Assembly (NCBI RefSeq): GCF_006345805.1
Contig: NC_043004.1
Coordinates: forward strand, 8,866,001-8,930,000
Direction of reading: 5' to 3'
Origin: Octopus sinensis
Lineage: Eukaryota
DNA length: 64,000 nucleotides
Below are positions 1-10,616 of the stretch, piece by piece. The notes below the pieces were generated by a model. That model did not search any database and had not been told where the DNA came from. It was given only the letters and a program-made list of their open reading frames with translations. The position numbers and the translations under genes were made by a program. Each line of letters opens with the position of its first letter. Position 1 is the first letter of the stretch.

Positions 1-55
1 AGAATTATTTGAGCCTAAAAAAAAAAAAACTTTATTCTGTTTGCTCCCATTCTTT

Positions 56-186
56 ATGTTCTGAATTCAAATTCTGTAGAGGTCCACCGTGCATTTCACC
101 CTTTCAGGATTGATAAAATAAAGTAAGGCTCAAAGACTGAGGTCAGTGATATTAACAAACTCTCTCTCATCAAAATTTCTGGTCTT
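56..186 (+). mobile_element. diverged fragment of SINE family B
   Basis: ctgaattcaaattctgtagaggtc...tttcaccctttcagg..gataaaataaagta matches the younger copy at 36366-36770. Confidence 0.55.
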
Positions 187-510
187 CATCATCATCATCA
201 TCTGCTTTCCATGCTGGCATAAGTTGGACGGTTTGACTGAGTATTGGCAAGCCAGATGGCTGCACCAGGCTCCAATCTGATCTGGCAATGTTTCTACAGC
301 TGGATGCTCTTCCTAACACCAACCAATCTGAGAGTGTAGTGGATGCTTTTTATGTGCCATTGGTACAGGAGCCAGTCAGGTGGCACTGGCAATGACCATG
401 CTTGAATGATGCTTTTTATGTGTTGCCAGCATGGGGGCCCATCAGGCAGCACTGGCATCAACCATGCTCAGGTGGTGCTCTTTACATGCCACTGGAACAG
501 GAATGAACAA
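187..510 (-). mobile_element. RTE LINE 3' UTR fragment
   Basis: Reverse complement of the 3' UTR at ~6890-7210, including the (GAT)n tail (catcatcat). Confidence 0.75.
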
Positions 511-552
511 ATATGTATGTGTGTGTGCATGTTACTGTGTGTGTGTATGTTA

Positions 553-583
<31 letters not shown>

Positions 584-711
584 TGAGGGAGAAGCTTACA
601 GATAGGTAAATAGATAGATAGATAAATACATTGATAGATAGGTAGATAATGAAACTCAAACATTAATTTCTAACAAATTTTCTTAATTTGATATTTTAAT
701 CTCTTTTCTAG

Positions 712-772
712 CTCTGAAGATAATTTTAAGAAACAAAAACTCTTTGTGTCCCACAATCCACATCTTGATCAG
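712..772 (+). CDS. ZNG1: ZNG1/CBWD1-like exon (internal; linker before CobW_C)
   Basis: ctcttttctAG acceptor and cag|GTgaga donor. 61 nt = 1 + 20 codons: SEDNFKKQKLFVSHNPHLDQ. The PHLDQ end matches vertebrate CBWD/ZNG1 as I recall it and joins the next exon in phase 0. Confidence 0.85.
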
Positions 773-974
773 GTGAGAAACTGTTGTGTATAGTCTGGCT
801 CCACATTACCTTTCAAAGGATCCACCCGTTACATAATCTCTCTTACATATGTACAAACATTGTTTGACCTTTTTTGCAGTGGCAATCAAATACATTCACT
901 CAAACTTTCGTTACTCGTAATTGCAGAAAGCAGTTTAATTACCAATTTATCTTTTGCTTCCTCCTGCTCCTCCT

Positions 975-1150
975 CCTCCTCCTCCATTTAACGTCTGCTT
1001 TCCATGCTGGTATGGGTTGGACATTTTGACTGAGGGCTGGCAAGCCAGAAGGCTGTACAAGGCTCCAATCTGATCTGGCAAGGTTTCTACAGCTGGATGC
1101 CCTTCCTAATGCCAACCACTCTGATAGTGTAGTGGGTGCTTTTTACATGC
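975..1150 (-). mobile_element. RTE LINE 3' UTR fragment
   Basis: Same family as 7040-7200 (tttctacagctggatgcccttcctaatgccaaccactc). Confidence 0.75.
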
Positions 1151-1565
1151 CTTTTTGAAAGTTTTTCTGTGTCAAAGTTTGTTGAGGCGATGTGACTTGC
1201 AGAAATTACCAATTCTATTTTTGGTTGATATCCAACATTATTTTTAAAGCTCTGTGTGTGTGTGTGTGAAACAGTTTTGAAAACGATTTCCTCCAGCATT
1301 CATTTGAACCCCCAAAGAAAAGTCAATGTGGTTGCTTGTCTTGCTAGTAATAGCTGCTAAATTCCCTTACATTACACTCTACGATCTTAAAAAATAGAAG
1401 AGAACATTGGTTATTATAATCCGAGATATATTACACATGAAACAAAGATGGAATAGTCATGGCTGGAATGTATTTGACCATAGGTTTACTTGCTTATAGA
1501 TAAGTGCTCAGCATAACAAGAAGAACAACATTAATTGCTCATGGATGTTTTTGTTCAATTTTCAG

Positions 1566-1700
1566 TCAATAACAACTGTGACCTTTGACATCATGGAGTC
1601 TGTGACCAAATCGGATGTGGAGCAATTCCTTCAGAACCTTCTTTGGGAGAAAACCATTTGTGATGCTGCCAGGAATCCGATGGAGGTCTTCAGGATGAAA
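1566..1700 (+). CDS. ZNG1: ZNG1/CBWD1-like exon, start of CobW_C domain
   Basis: ttttcAG acceptor, aaa|GTgagt donor, 135 nt, phase 0/0. SITTVTFDIMESVTKSDVEQFLQNLLWEKTICDAARNPMEVFRMK resembles human SIVTITF...FIQNLLWEK...MEVIRLK (recalled, not searched). Confidence 0.92.
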
Positions 1701-2004
1701 GTGAGTTTAATACTTGAAATAAGAACTGTTTCCTTCTTTCCTTTTTACATTGTGTGCTACTCTCTCTCTCTCTCTCTCCTCTGTCTGTCTGTCTGTCTGT
1801 CTGTCTCTCCCCTTCTCCCTCTCTCTCATACACGATCAAAGGCAAACAAATACATCACAACACAACCAGCATCACAAATGTGAACCTACTAGCATAGAAC
1901 TCTAAACACTCTTATAGTCAAATTCTGGTGGCAAAGTTGGGCATGTAGGTTTTGCGGCCCTTAAACCCACTGGCTACAAGGGCCTGCTTGTAACACTCCA
2001 TAGG

Positions 2005-2037
<33 letters not shown>

Positions 2038-2047
2038 TATATATATA

Positions 2048-2082
<35 letters not shown>

Positions 2083-2484
2083 AAAGTTTAACTTCCATAC
2101 ACGCCATCTGAATTCAATTCATTCCCAGTCGAAAGACGCCTGTTGTTATGTCCTGTTATTATTATTATTGTTTTTTTATTGTAATTTGTCTTTATATTCG
2201 TGTAACGTCTGTTTTTCCGTCCTTGTTTTGTATACATTCGTTGCTTTTTTCCAAGGAATCTAATGCTCTTAGCTTAGTGTTTCCTTGGGGCTGGCCAAAT
2301 TGGAGCAATCTCAAGATTAATCAGCCGAAATTGCAAGGATGATCTGATTCTTGACTGAAGATAAAAGGCTTCGGATGACCCGTCCGTGTTTTTTTTGTAT
2401 CGTTTATCTGGCTGTTTTGTTGTCCCCTTTTGTATCACCTAGTTGTCCGGATGTTTTGCGCTCTTGTCCCATTTTGTATTTTAT

Positions 2485-2518
<34 letters not shown>

Positions 2519-2777
2519 CTATGGTTTCATAGTGGTAAGTGTGTAAATGTGTGTGTACTCTGCATAAGTTAAGAAACGGTGACGATAACAAATCTTATAA
2601 TCATAAGCATGCACCGTTTGTTGGTTATAGAAGATAGTTTAATAATAGGGTATATAAAGCCCCGATGGAAAAAAATGAGAATTAGTACATGTGGGAATTG
2701 AATCCACACCATACATGTATGTATGTGTGTATGAAATCTGTTTTGAAACTCTGTATCTGTTTGTACACACACACACA

Positions 2778-2817
<40 letters not shown>

Positions 2818-2895
2818 TGACTATTGGAATTGAAACTGTAAAGAGAGAATGATCTTCTAAATGAATTTGGTTCTGTCTTGTGTTCTTCCCTTTAG

Positions 2896-3022
2896 GCTCT
2901 TCTGTTTCTGGCTGACAACCCAAGGAGGGTTATTCTCCAATCTGTTCATGAATTATTTGACTTTCAACAAACTACTGAATGGACTGACACCGACAACAGG
3001 TGCTGCAGGTTCGTCTTTATTG
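2896..3022 (+). CDS. ZNG1: ZNG1/CBWD1-like exon, CobW_C domain
   Basis: ccctttAG acceptor, ttg|GTaagt donor, 127 nt (42 codons + 1). ALLFLADNPRRVILQSVHELFDFQQTTEWTDTDNRCCRFVFI(G) resembles human ...VIVQGVHELYDLEET...W...RLVLLG. Confidence 0.92.
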
Positions 3023-3093
3023 GTAAGTAGATGTTTTTGTTGTTGTTGTTGTTGTCATTGAGTGGTTTGTTTTAATTAGTCATGATTTGATTA

Positions 3094-3577
3094 CTGTAAA
3101 TCCTCGAGTATAATCCGCATTCCCCCCCCCCCAAATTTAAAGGTCAAAATCCCTAGTGCGTACTATATACGAGGTTAAATATGAAAATATTTTCTAAGCA
3201 ATGTTTGGCAATGTTTATTCAGATGCATTCCGTGATGTTGGGCATGAAAATACCTTAAGGTAAGCCTGAAAGCAATGAAGTCATAAAAGAATCATCCATA
3301 ACTTGCAGTAAGCAACATTTAATAAAATAAAAGTATTCAGAACACAGAATAACATGTAACAAAAACAATTTGCAAACATATTTACATTCCCATATAACAG
3401 TTAAGAACATCACCATTATTGTATTACGCATGCGCGGAAGTGCTTGTTCGACTAGGTGCTGCTGGCTTAATTACGCACGACTCAAGTTAGAGAAGGGGTG
3501 CGTTTTTCAGAGGTACAGCCCCCTAAAAATCCCCTGCATATTATACTCATGGGCGGAATATACTCGAGGATTTACAG
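3094..3577. mobile_element. Tc1/mariner-superfamily MITE in a ZNG1 intron
   Basis: TA|ctgtaaatcctcgagtata...tatactcgaggatttacag|TA: terminal inverted repeats with a TA duplication and no transposase. Confidence 0.85.
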
Positions 3578-3707
3578 TAATTGAATGGCATGAAATTAAC
3601 CAGTTACACGTTTGTTTTGCTTTTTATATGGCGAGGTGCACCATGTATATATACAACCCATTTCATGCCTGTCTATGCACACGCTCATACACACACACGC
3701 ACTTTCT

Positions 3708-3750
<43 letters not shown>

Positions 3751-4329
3751 GTATGGTTAAGAAGTTCCTTTCCCAATCACTTGGTTTCTGGTTCAGTCCC
3801 ACTGCCTGACACCAGTGCTTTTTATGTGGCACCAGTTCCAGTGCTGTTCTATCACTTTCCAAAACTCCATCCAATCATGCCCAACCCCTTCTAAAATTCA
3901 GTTGTCATGCAACTTCTTTACAACAAGAAATCTGTTCTGCTCTGGCCTTTTTCTGTTATACCTCACCCCTCCTTGTTTCTTATCTCCTAGCATAAAGTTG
4001 CTTCCTTGGGGTTCATAGTCTTGCAAGCTGCCTAGCAACCTCATTAGTGCTGTTGATAAGTGAAGAGGCAACCAGGGTATGTTGTAAAGGGTTTAATGAT
4101 AAGATGAGGACCCAGCTGTAGAAATCATGCCAATACAGATGGTGCAGCTTGATGCAGTTCTTGGGCGCACCAGATCCTGCTAAACCATCAAACCCATGCC
4201 AGCGTGGAAGTCAGACGTTAAATGAGGATGATACCAATGTGTGTGTGTGTTCATTTTTGTTTGTACCTAACATTTATGCAGTTTTTGTTGCTTTCGTCAT
4301 TAACAGAGCAATTTTTTTTTTTTGTGCAG

Positions 4330-4397
4330 GTCGACATTTGGACAAAGATATTCTCCAGAAGAATCTTCTGACATTTGTAGCCAAAGACAAACATTAA
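4330..4397 (+). CDS. ZNG1: ZNG1/CBWD1-like terminal coding exon
   Basis: Poly-T tract + gcAG acceptor, phase 1 matching the previous exon. (G)RHLDKDILQKNLLTFVAKDKH* resembles human GRNLDKDILKQLF. Confidence 0.92.
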
Positions 4398-4465
4398 AAC
4401 TGAATTTCTTGTGAATTTTACACACACATACACACACACACACACACACGTAAAAATGAAGAAAG

Positions 4466-4471
4466 AATAAA
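4466..4471 (+). promoter_or_regulatory. possible polyadenylation signal of ZNG1
   Basis: AATAAA about 70 nt after the stop codon; the context is A-rich, so it could be chance. Confidence 0.3.
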
Positions 4472-5006
4472 AAAAATTTCTATTGAGTAAGTTTTTTTTA
4501 TTTGTCTTCATGAAACTTTGAAGGAGCTTCATCATGGTTGCTTGATCTGCTAGGAATAACACCCAAATCTCCCTCAAGCAGCACTCTTTCCATTGTAAAA
4601 AAGCAAAGAAAATATAGAATACGTTGTCATTGATTCACGACCTTTGGTCATTCAGGTATGACTCAGGGTTAAACAACACTACAGCCACCTCCATCATAAT
4701 TGTCATCAATCATTATCATTGTCATCATCACAGACAACCTATGCAAGATAACTCATTGTGCTAGAAATAGCAACCAACTCTTACATCAAATGCCAACTAC
4801 ACTCTTCATAATTTGAATGTTTTTGGCTGTTAGCAATAATGGTCCTATTATTTTTCCACTAGGGCCCACTCATGTTATAAAACGGGTTTACAAAGATATA
4901 TGAGATGTACATACATAACACATGGTTATATGAAGCTGGAGGATGAGGCCAGGATGTTATATGATGTATAGGGACATGGAGAAACTTTTAGAGTGTATGC
5001 AAATTA

Positions 5007-5430
5007 GGCACAGGAGTGGTTGTGTGGTAAGTAGCTTACTTATCATCCACATGGTTCTGGGTTCAGTCCCACTGCATTGCACCTTGGGCAAGTATCTTCT
5101 ACTACAGCCTCAGGCTGACCAAAGCCTTGTGAGTGGATTTGATAGATGGAAACTGAAAGAAGCCTGTTGTGTGCATATATATATATATAATGTGTATGTA
5201 TGTATGTGTGTATGATTCTGTGTCTGTTTGTCCCTCCAACATCGCTTGACAACTGATGGTGGTGTCTTTACGCCTGCATAACTTAGCGGTTCAGCAAAAG
5301 AGACCAATGGAATAAGTACTAGGTTTACAAAGAATAAGTCCTGGAGTAGATTTCTTTGATTAAAACTCTTTAAGGCAGTGCTCTGGTATGGCTGCAGCCA
5401 GATGACTGAAACAAATAAAAGAATGAAAGA
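5007..5430 (+). mobile_element. tRNA-derived SINE family A
   Basis: A-box (tggttgtgtgg) and B-box (ggttcagtccc) head, conserved body, internal (TA)/(TG) tract, gactgaaacaaataaaagaat tail; many copies in the window. Confidence 0.85.
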
Positions 5431-5747
5431 ATATATATCTATGTAAAGACAATTACCATGAACAGGGAGATTAGTCTATCTGCCTATTTGTTTTTTATTG
5501 CTGCAGTCAATTGAGCAGTGTATTTTGGTTTAATTATGACCAACACGTGTTTCTGTTGCATAGAGAAGAAGCAATTACATGTGCATCTGGCTATTTTCAA
5601 CTCTGCAGCTTTATTCAGCATCTGTTCACAGATTCATTGGAATTGTCTTCGATTTACACTCTTGAAAATATTTCTTGTCCAGTGAAGTGAACCCAGGATT
5701 TACCCATCAAATGAATTACAGTGGGATTGCTCACCTCAAGTATATAC

Positions 5748-5788
<41 letters not shown>

Positions 5789-5799
5789 GAGAGAGAGAA

Positions 5800-7210
5800 A
5801 TTTCAGGTGTGGAAGCTAGGTTTAGAATCAAAAGTCCTTAGAGTAAATGTAGCAAAGACCAAAGTTATAGTAAGTAGGAAGGTGAACTGATCACACACAC
5901 CCTCAGGTAGGGTGGCCCTGCTTGATCTGTAGAAAAGGTGTAGGTAGAAAATCTACGAGATGCATCCAGTGTAAGCTATGGACACGAGGTGCAGCAACAT
6001 CAGAGGAAAATTAGCTGAGAAGATAGCTTTCATGTGCGGCAGATGCACAGGTGCAATAGATACCACAGATACTCAGAAAACAGATTCCATCACATTCCAG
6101 GGGGAGAAACTAGAAGCAGTTGATAGTTTCTGCTACCTAGGTGACCAAGTTAGTAGTGGTGGTGGATGCTCAGAGAGTGTTACCACTAGAATACGAATAG
6201 CCTGGGCAAAGTTTAGAAAGCTTCTACCCCTACTGGTGGCAAAGGGTTTCTCGCTCAGAGTGAAAGGTAGATTGTACGATGCATGTGTGCGAACTGCCAT
6301 GCTTCACAGCAGTGAAACGTGGGCCATGACTACAGAGGACATGCATAGGCTTGAAAGAAATGAAACTAGTATGATCCGCTGGATGTGTAATGTCAGTGTG
6401 CACACACAACAGAGTGTAAGCACCCTGAGAGAAATGCTGGACATAAGAAGCATCGGATGTGGTGTGCAAGAGAGACGTTTGCGCTGGTATGGTCATATAC
6501 TGCGGATGGATGAGGAGAGATGTGTGAAGAAGTGCCACTCCTAAACAGTTGAAGGAATCCGGGGTAGAGGTAGACCTAGGAAGACATGGGATGAGGTGGT
6601 GAAGTATGACCATCGAACGTTGGGCTTCACAGAGGCAATGATGAAAGAGCGAGACCTCTGGAGATATGCTGTGACTGAGAAGACCCGACAAATAATGTGA
6701 GTTCATGGCTGTTTCCTGCACCAGCTTCACAGCAGCCCCAGCCCATCCAAAGTACCTTGGATCACAGGACGGCCTGCTGTGCTTACCTTGGATCGTAGGG
6801 CAACCTGCTGTGCTTGAGGAGACTTATTGAGTCAAGTACATCAACATCAAAATAAAAGTCAAATGGAAATTGTAGTTGTGATACCTGTGCCGGTGGCAGG
6901 TAAAAAGCACCATCCGAATGTGGCTGATGCCAGCGCCACCTTGACTGGCTTCTGTGCTGGTGGCACGTAAAAAGCACCAACAGATCACGGCCGCTGCCTG
7001 CCTCCCCTGGCACCTGTGTCGGTGGCACGTAAAAGGCACCCACTACACTCATGGAGTGGTTGGCATCAGGAAGGGCATCCAGCTGTAGAAACACTGCCAG
7101 ATCAGACTGGAGCCTGGTGCAGCCTCCTGGCTTCCCAGACCCCGGTCGAATCGTCCAACCCATGCTAGCATGGAAAACGGATGTTAAACGATGAGGATGA
7201 TGATGATGAT
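5800..7210 (+). mobile_element. 5'-truncated RTE-clade LINE (RT C-terminus, PHD-like Cys cluster, 3' UTR, (GAT)n tail)
   Basis: Translations LRVNVAKTK, FCYLGDQVSSGGGCSESVTTRIRIAW, LRWYGHILRM, GRGRPRKTW are typical RTE motifs. Broken by frameshifts and stops; ends in gatgatgat. Confidence 0.9.
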
Positions 7211-7265
7211 AGAAATTATATATTACAGAGATTTATACAGTAGCAGCACAATAAAATTTTGGTTT

Positions 7266-7600
7266 GTTGCCAACTTAATGTGGCAGTCCCAGGAAAGAGA
7301 AGAATGCTACTGCTATTTAGCCCTAGGAAACACCGTTTCCTGTTTGCCTTGACACATTCCCTGTGTCCTTATGTTTTCAAAGGGGAGAGCTAGCAAGCCA
7401 TGCTACTCCAGACTGATGATGAGCAATGACTCTGAAACTAGTCTGTGGGTGCTGGCTTTGCTGGGTGGAGGTGCTTATCTGCCCTTTGAAAACATAACGA
7501 TACAGGAAATGTGTCAAGTCCAATAGGAAACGGTGTTTCCTGGAGCTAAATAGCAGTAGCATTCTTCCCTTTCATGGGACTGCCATATTAAGTTGACAAC
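7266..7600. repeat. fold-back element, ~125-bp inverted arms with ~80-nt spacer
   Basis: 7266-7390 is the imperfect reverse complement of ~7472-7600 (gttgccaacttaatgtggcagtccc / gggactgccatattaagttgacaac). Confidence 0.85.
7408..7448 (+). ncRNA. minimal type-I hammerhead ribozyme motif
   Basis: ccaga CTGATGA t gag caatga ctc t GAAA ctag TC tgtgg: canonical core, palindromic stem III (actagt), GUC site, one mismatch in stem I. Confidence 0.65.
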
Positions 7601-7612
7601 ATACCATAACTA

Positions 7613-7623
<11 letters not shown>

Positions 7624-7643
<20 letters not shown>

Positions 7644-7890
7644 GCCAGTAGCACGTAAAAAGCACCATCCGAATGTGGCCGATGCCAGTGCCACTTTGAC
7701 TGGCTTTCATGCCAGTGGCACATAAAAAGCACCTACTACACTCTTGGAGTGTTTGGCGTTAGGAAGGGCATCCAGCTGTAGAAACTCCGCCTGATCAGAT
7801 TGGTATCGGATGCAGCCTCCTGGCTTCCCAGACCCCCGTCAAACCATCCAACCCATGCCAGAATGGAAAACGGATGTTAAACGATGATAT
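7624..7890 (+). mobile_element. RTE LINE 3' UTR fragment
   Basis: Matches 6890-7210 and ends in gatatgatgat. Confidence 0.8.
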
Positions 7891-8595
7891 GATGATATCA
7901 TCATCATCATCATCATTATATATATATATATAACAAAATTCAAAGTAGATGACAGATTTTCGTAGGAAATACAAAATACATAGAAAATTCATTGAAATGT
8001 TAGGTTTCCAAAGAAAAGCAGTATTACAAAACCTTAGGATTGTTTTGAGCAGTGCGTTTGTATTTGGCAAGTTTTCCAGACGATACAAATAGTCGCATTT
8101 CTCTCATCAGAGGTACAAATAAATCGATTAAAATAGTTTAAAAACTGAGAAAGCTTAAAATATGTCCTACTTCCAGAACTTGAGGTCATATTGAGTAATG
8201 TTATATATTTTTTTTAATGTTATAGTAATTTTAAAAAAAGCTTGCAAGGATAAAGAAAGGCTTTGTGAAGTGGAAAAACATTTGTGTAAATGAAAATGAA
8301 ATTTAAAATATTTGCAAAAAGAATGTATATGTAACATGCACACACACACACATAATGTATGCCCTATGAATTTAGCCATCTGGATTGTGTTAAAGGATTG
8401 AGGGCAAAGAAGAAATCTCAAAGTAGCATGTCAGTTGCTTTATGTAACAATCCTTCCTTATGTTCAATCTGTGGACTTCTCTGTTTATCTTTTTGCTGGA
8501 TTAAAGTCTCCTAAGAAACGTAGACTGGAGAACTGAAAAGAAAGGAAATCTGCTGTTGGATCCTTACACGTTAAACTTGATAGGAGAATCCATTA

Positions 8596-8638
<43 letters not shown>

Positions 8639-8648
8639 TTTTTAAAAT

Positions 8649-8776
8649 TTTATTTTATAGAAGGAGCTTCTACAGGACTAGAACTGTTTCATTCAAATGA
8701 AATCATCAGGAAGCCATGATGATTTCATTTGAATGAAACAGTTCTAGTCCTGTAGAAGCTCCTTCTATAAAATAAA
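8649..8776. repeat. 60-bp-arm palindrome with 8-nt loop
   Basis: 8649-8708 is the exact reverse complement of 8717-8776 by my reading. Confidence 0.9.
8666..8714 (-). ncRNA. type-I hammerhead ribozyme motif
   Basis: Minus strand: gcttc CTGATGA tttcatttgaat GAAA cag ttctagtc ctg TA gaagc. Stems I and III are perfect; stem II is weak. Confidence 0.6.
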
Positions 8777-8842
8777 TTAATTTACTCTGCTATGTATTGA
8801 GTACCTTATTTACTGTGGTTAACCCCGACTCAACCCGGGACC

Positions 8843-8877
<35 letters not shown>

Positions 8878-9114
8878 AATTTTATTATTATTTTTATTAT
8901 TATTTATTATTTTTTCACTCCCTTATAACAAACCGCAGCTCTCTTTCTGCGGGACTATTTTGTAACACACATGGTAATCTTGGAGGGAAAATACGAATTC
9001 ATTCGTCTATATGGATTTGGTTTGTGCTGACTATCTTCTGCTATCTCCGATGGCGTGAGATCGGGAGGCAAGAGGTAGGTAAATAGCATTTGCAAATCTA
9101 TAATTTATTGGATT

Positions 9115-9173
9115 GTTGTGCTGATGACGGGAATGAGTTCTTGATAACTCTAACCCAGAAATGCGTCCACAAC
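9115..9173 (+). ncRNA. minimal type-I hammerhead ribozyme motif
   Basis: gttgtg CTGATGA cggg..gagtt/aactc..ccca GAAA tgcg TC cacaac. Perfect 6-bp stem I; stem III atgcgt is one transition from the palindrome acgcgt. Confidence 0.7.
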
Positions 9174-10281
9174 TGACTGAAGACTTTGTTTTCGTTATTT
9201 TTCCTTCTTTTACATATGTGAGTTACAAGTAAATGTTATATGTGAAGATATATTTGTACTGCTATTTCTAAATTTTCGGTATGTGGCTAAGCAACTTGTT
9301 GCTTCACCCTATACACCACACACATGCATGTTTGAGTAATTAGGGTGGAAACAAGGTAGTAAAAAAGCATTCAAATACCAAAGGAAGAGTAAAATAACAT
9401 TTTAATTTGAAAAGACTTCACAAATTATTACTCGGAATTTTATGAAACCAATCATCAGACAGTCGTGAGTGTTGTGATGGTTTATAAGCATTCATGATTA
9501 CCAACTCATTGAACAAACATTTAAAGCTGTGTCAGGCAATTCCTTTTGAAATAATGGATGAAAATGGTTGGCCATTGCAAAAAAATATATAAACACTGAG
9601 ATGAGTTGAATTAAAATTCTGAACTGGATGATGTAATTAATTTTTCCACATGGAAACAAAGATCAAAATTTCAGAAAATGACAACAAACCTTATCAGAAA
9701 TATAATGTTGCAAGTAATAAAAATTAAAATGGAATTAAAATTAAAATTAATAGGGCAAATGAGTGTCACAGAAAAATAAACCAATAAAATACATAAATAA
9801 GTAAATTAAAAATAAGCTTAATGTAAGGGAGGTGGAAATTGCAGAAAATAGGAGAGAAATATGCAAAAAGAAACAGAAACTAAGGGATATGGTAAAAAGG
9901 AGGGATTAGAAAGTGGAGAATAGACAGGGAAAATTGGGACAAAACCCAAACACAAGAGATACTGGGTTAAAAAAGGTCTTGTATCTATCTGAGAGTAGAA
10001 TAATGAAACAGAGAAGATAGTGTAAATGCTGTTATTACACACACTAAACAAACCGCCATGTTTTATTCTACATACAAATATATATAGTAAAATATTCAAA
10101 TGTATCAAATGACAATTGGAGGATAAATAAGTTTTAATAATCGATTGAAATTTGGTTGTATTAGGATTTACATGGAGTCCAAAACATCAGTTTACTGTTG
10201 TGCTATCTCAGTTGAAATATCACACTGTATAACATGAATTTTGTCCTTGGATAGCAATTGTTATTTTATAGTTGTTGACCC

Positions 10282-10616
10282 CTAGAAAGTATGAAAAATG
10301 GCTAATATTTCCTTCAAACTTTGCTTTTGTTACATTTATTCAAACCCCAAAGAATCATCTCAACACATAGCTATGATGCTCCCCCACTACGTCTCGTGAT
10401 CAGAGGTGCATATATTGTTAGCTACTAAGGGACATGTTCAGGTGGTTTAAGCTCAATCAATTGACGAGCAAATCTGTGGTACTGAGCAGAATATTTGCTA
10501 TAACAATATTTCTGCTTCAGCAACTCAGTGAAATGTAATGGGAAAATAGGTCATCGATGTCCAGGTGACAAAAGCAAAGTTTGAAGGGAATAGTAGTAAT
10601 TTGCTTTGATTTCTAG
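10282..10616. mobile_element. MITE-like element
   Basis: Inverted core tttccttcaaactttgcttttgttac (10308-10333) / gtgacaaaagcaaagtttgaagggaa (10565-10590). The interior recurs inverted at ~63440-63610. Confidence 0.55.

Noticed and set aside
3370-3894. 174-aa ORF
   Set aside because: Runs through a MITE, a (CA)n tract and SINE/RTE fragments inside a ZNG1 intron.
5007-5080. tRNA gene
   Set aside because: A/B boxes are present but there is no cloverleaf, and it continues into the SINE body; the same holds for other family A heads.
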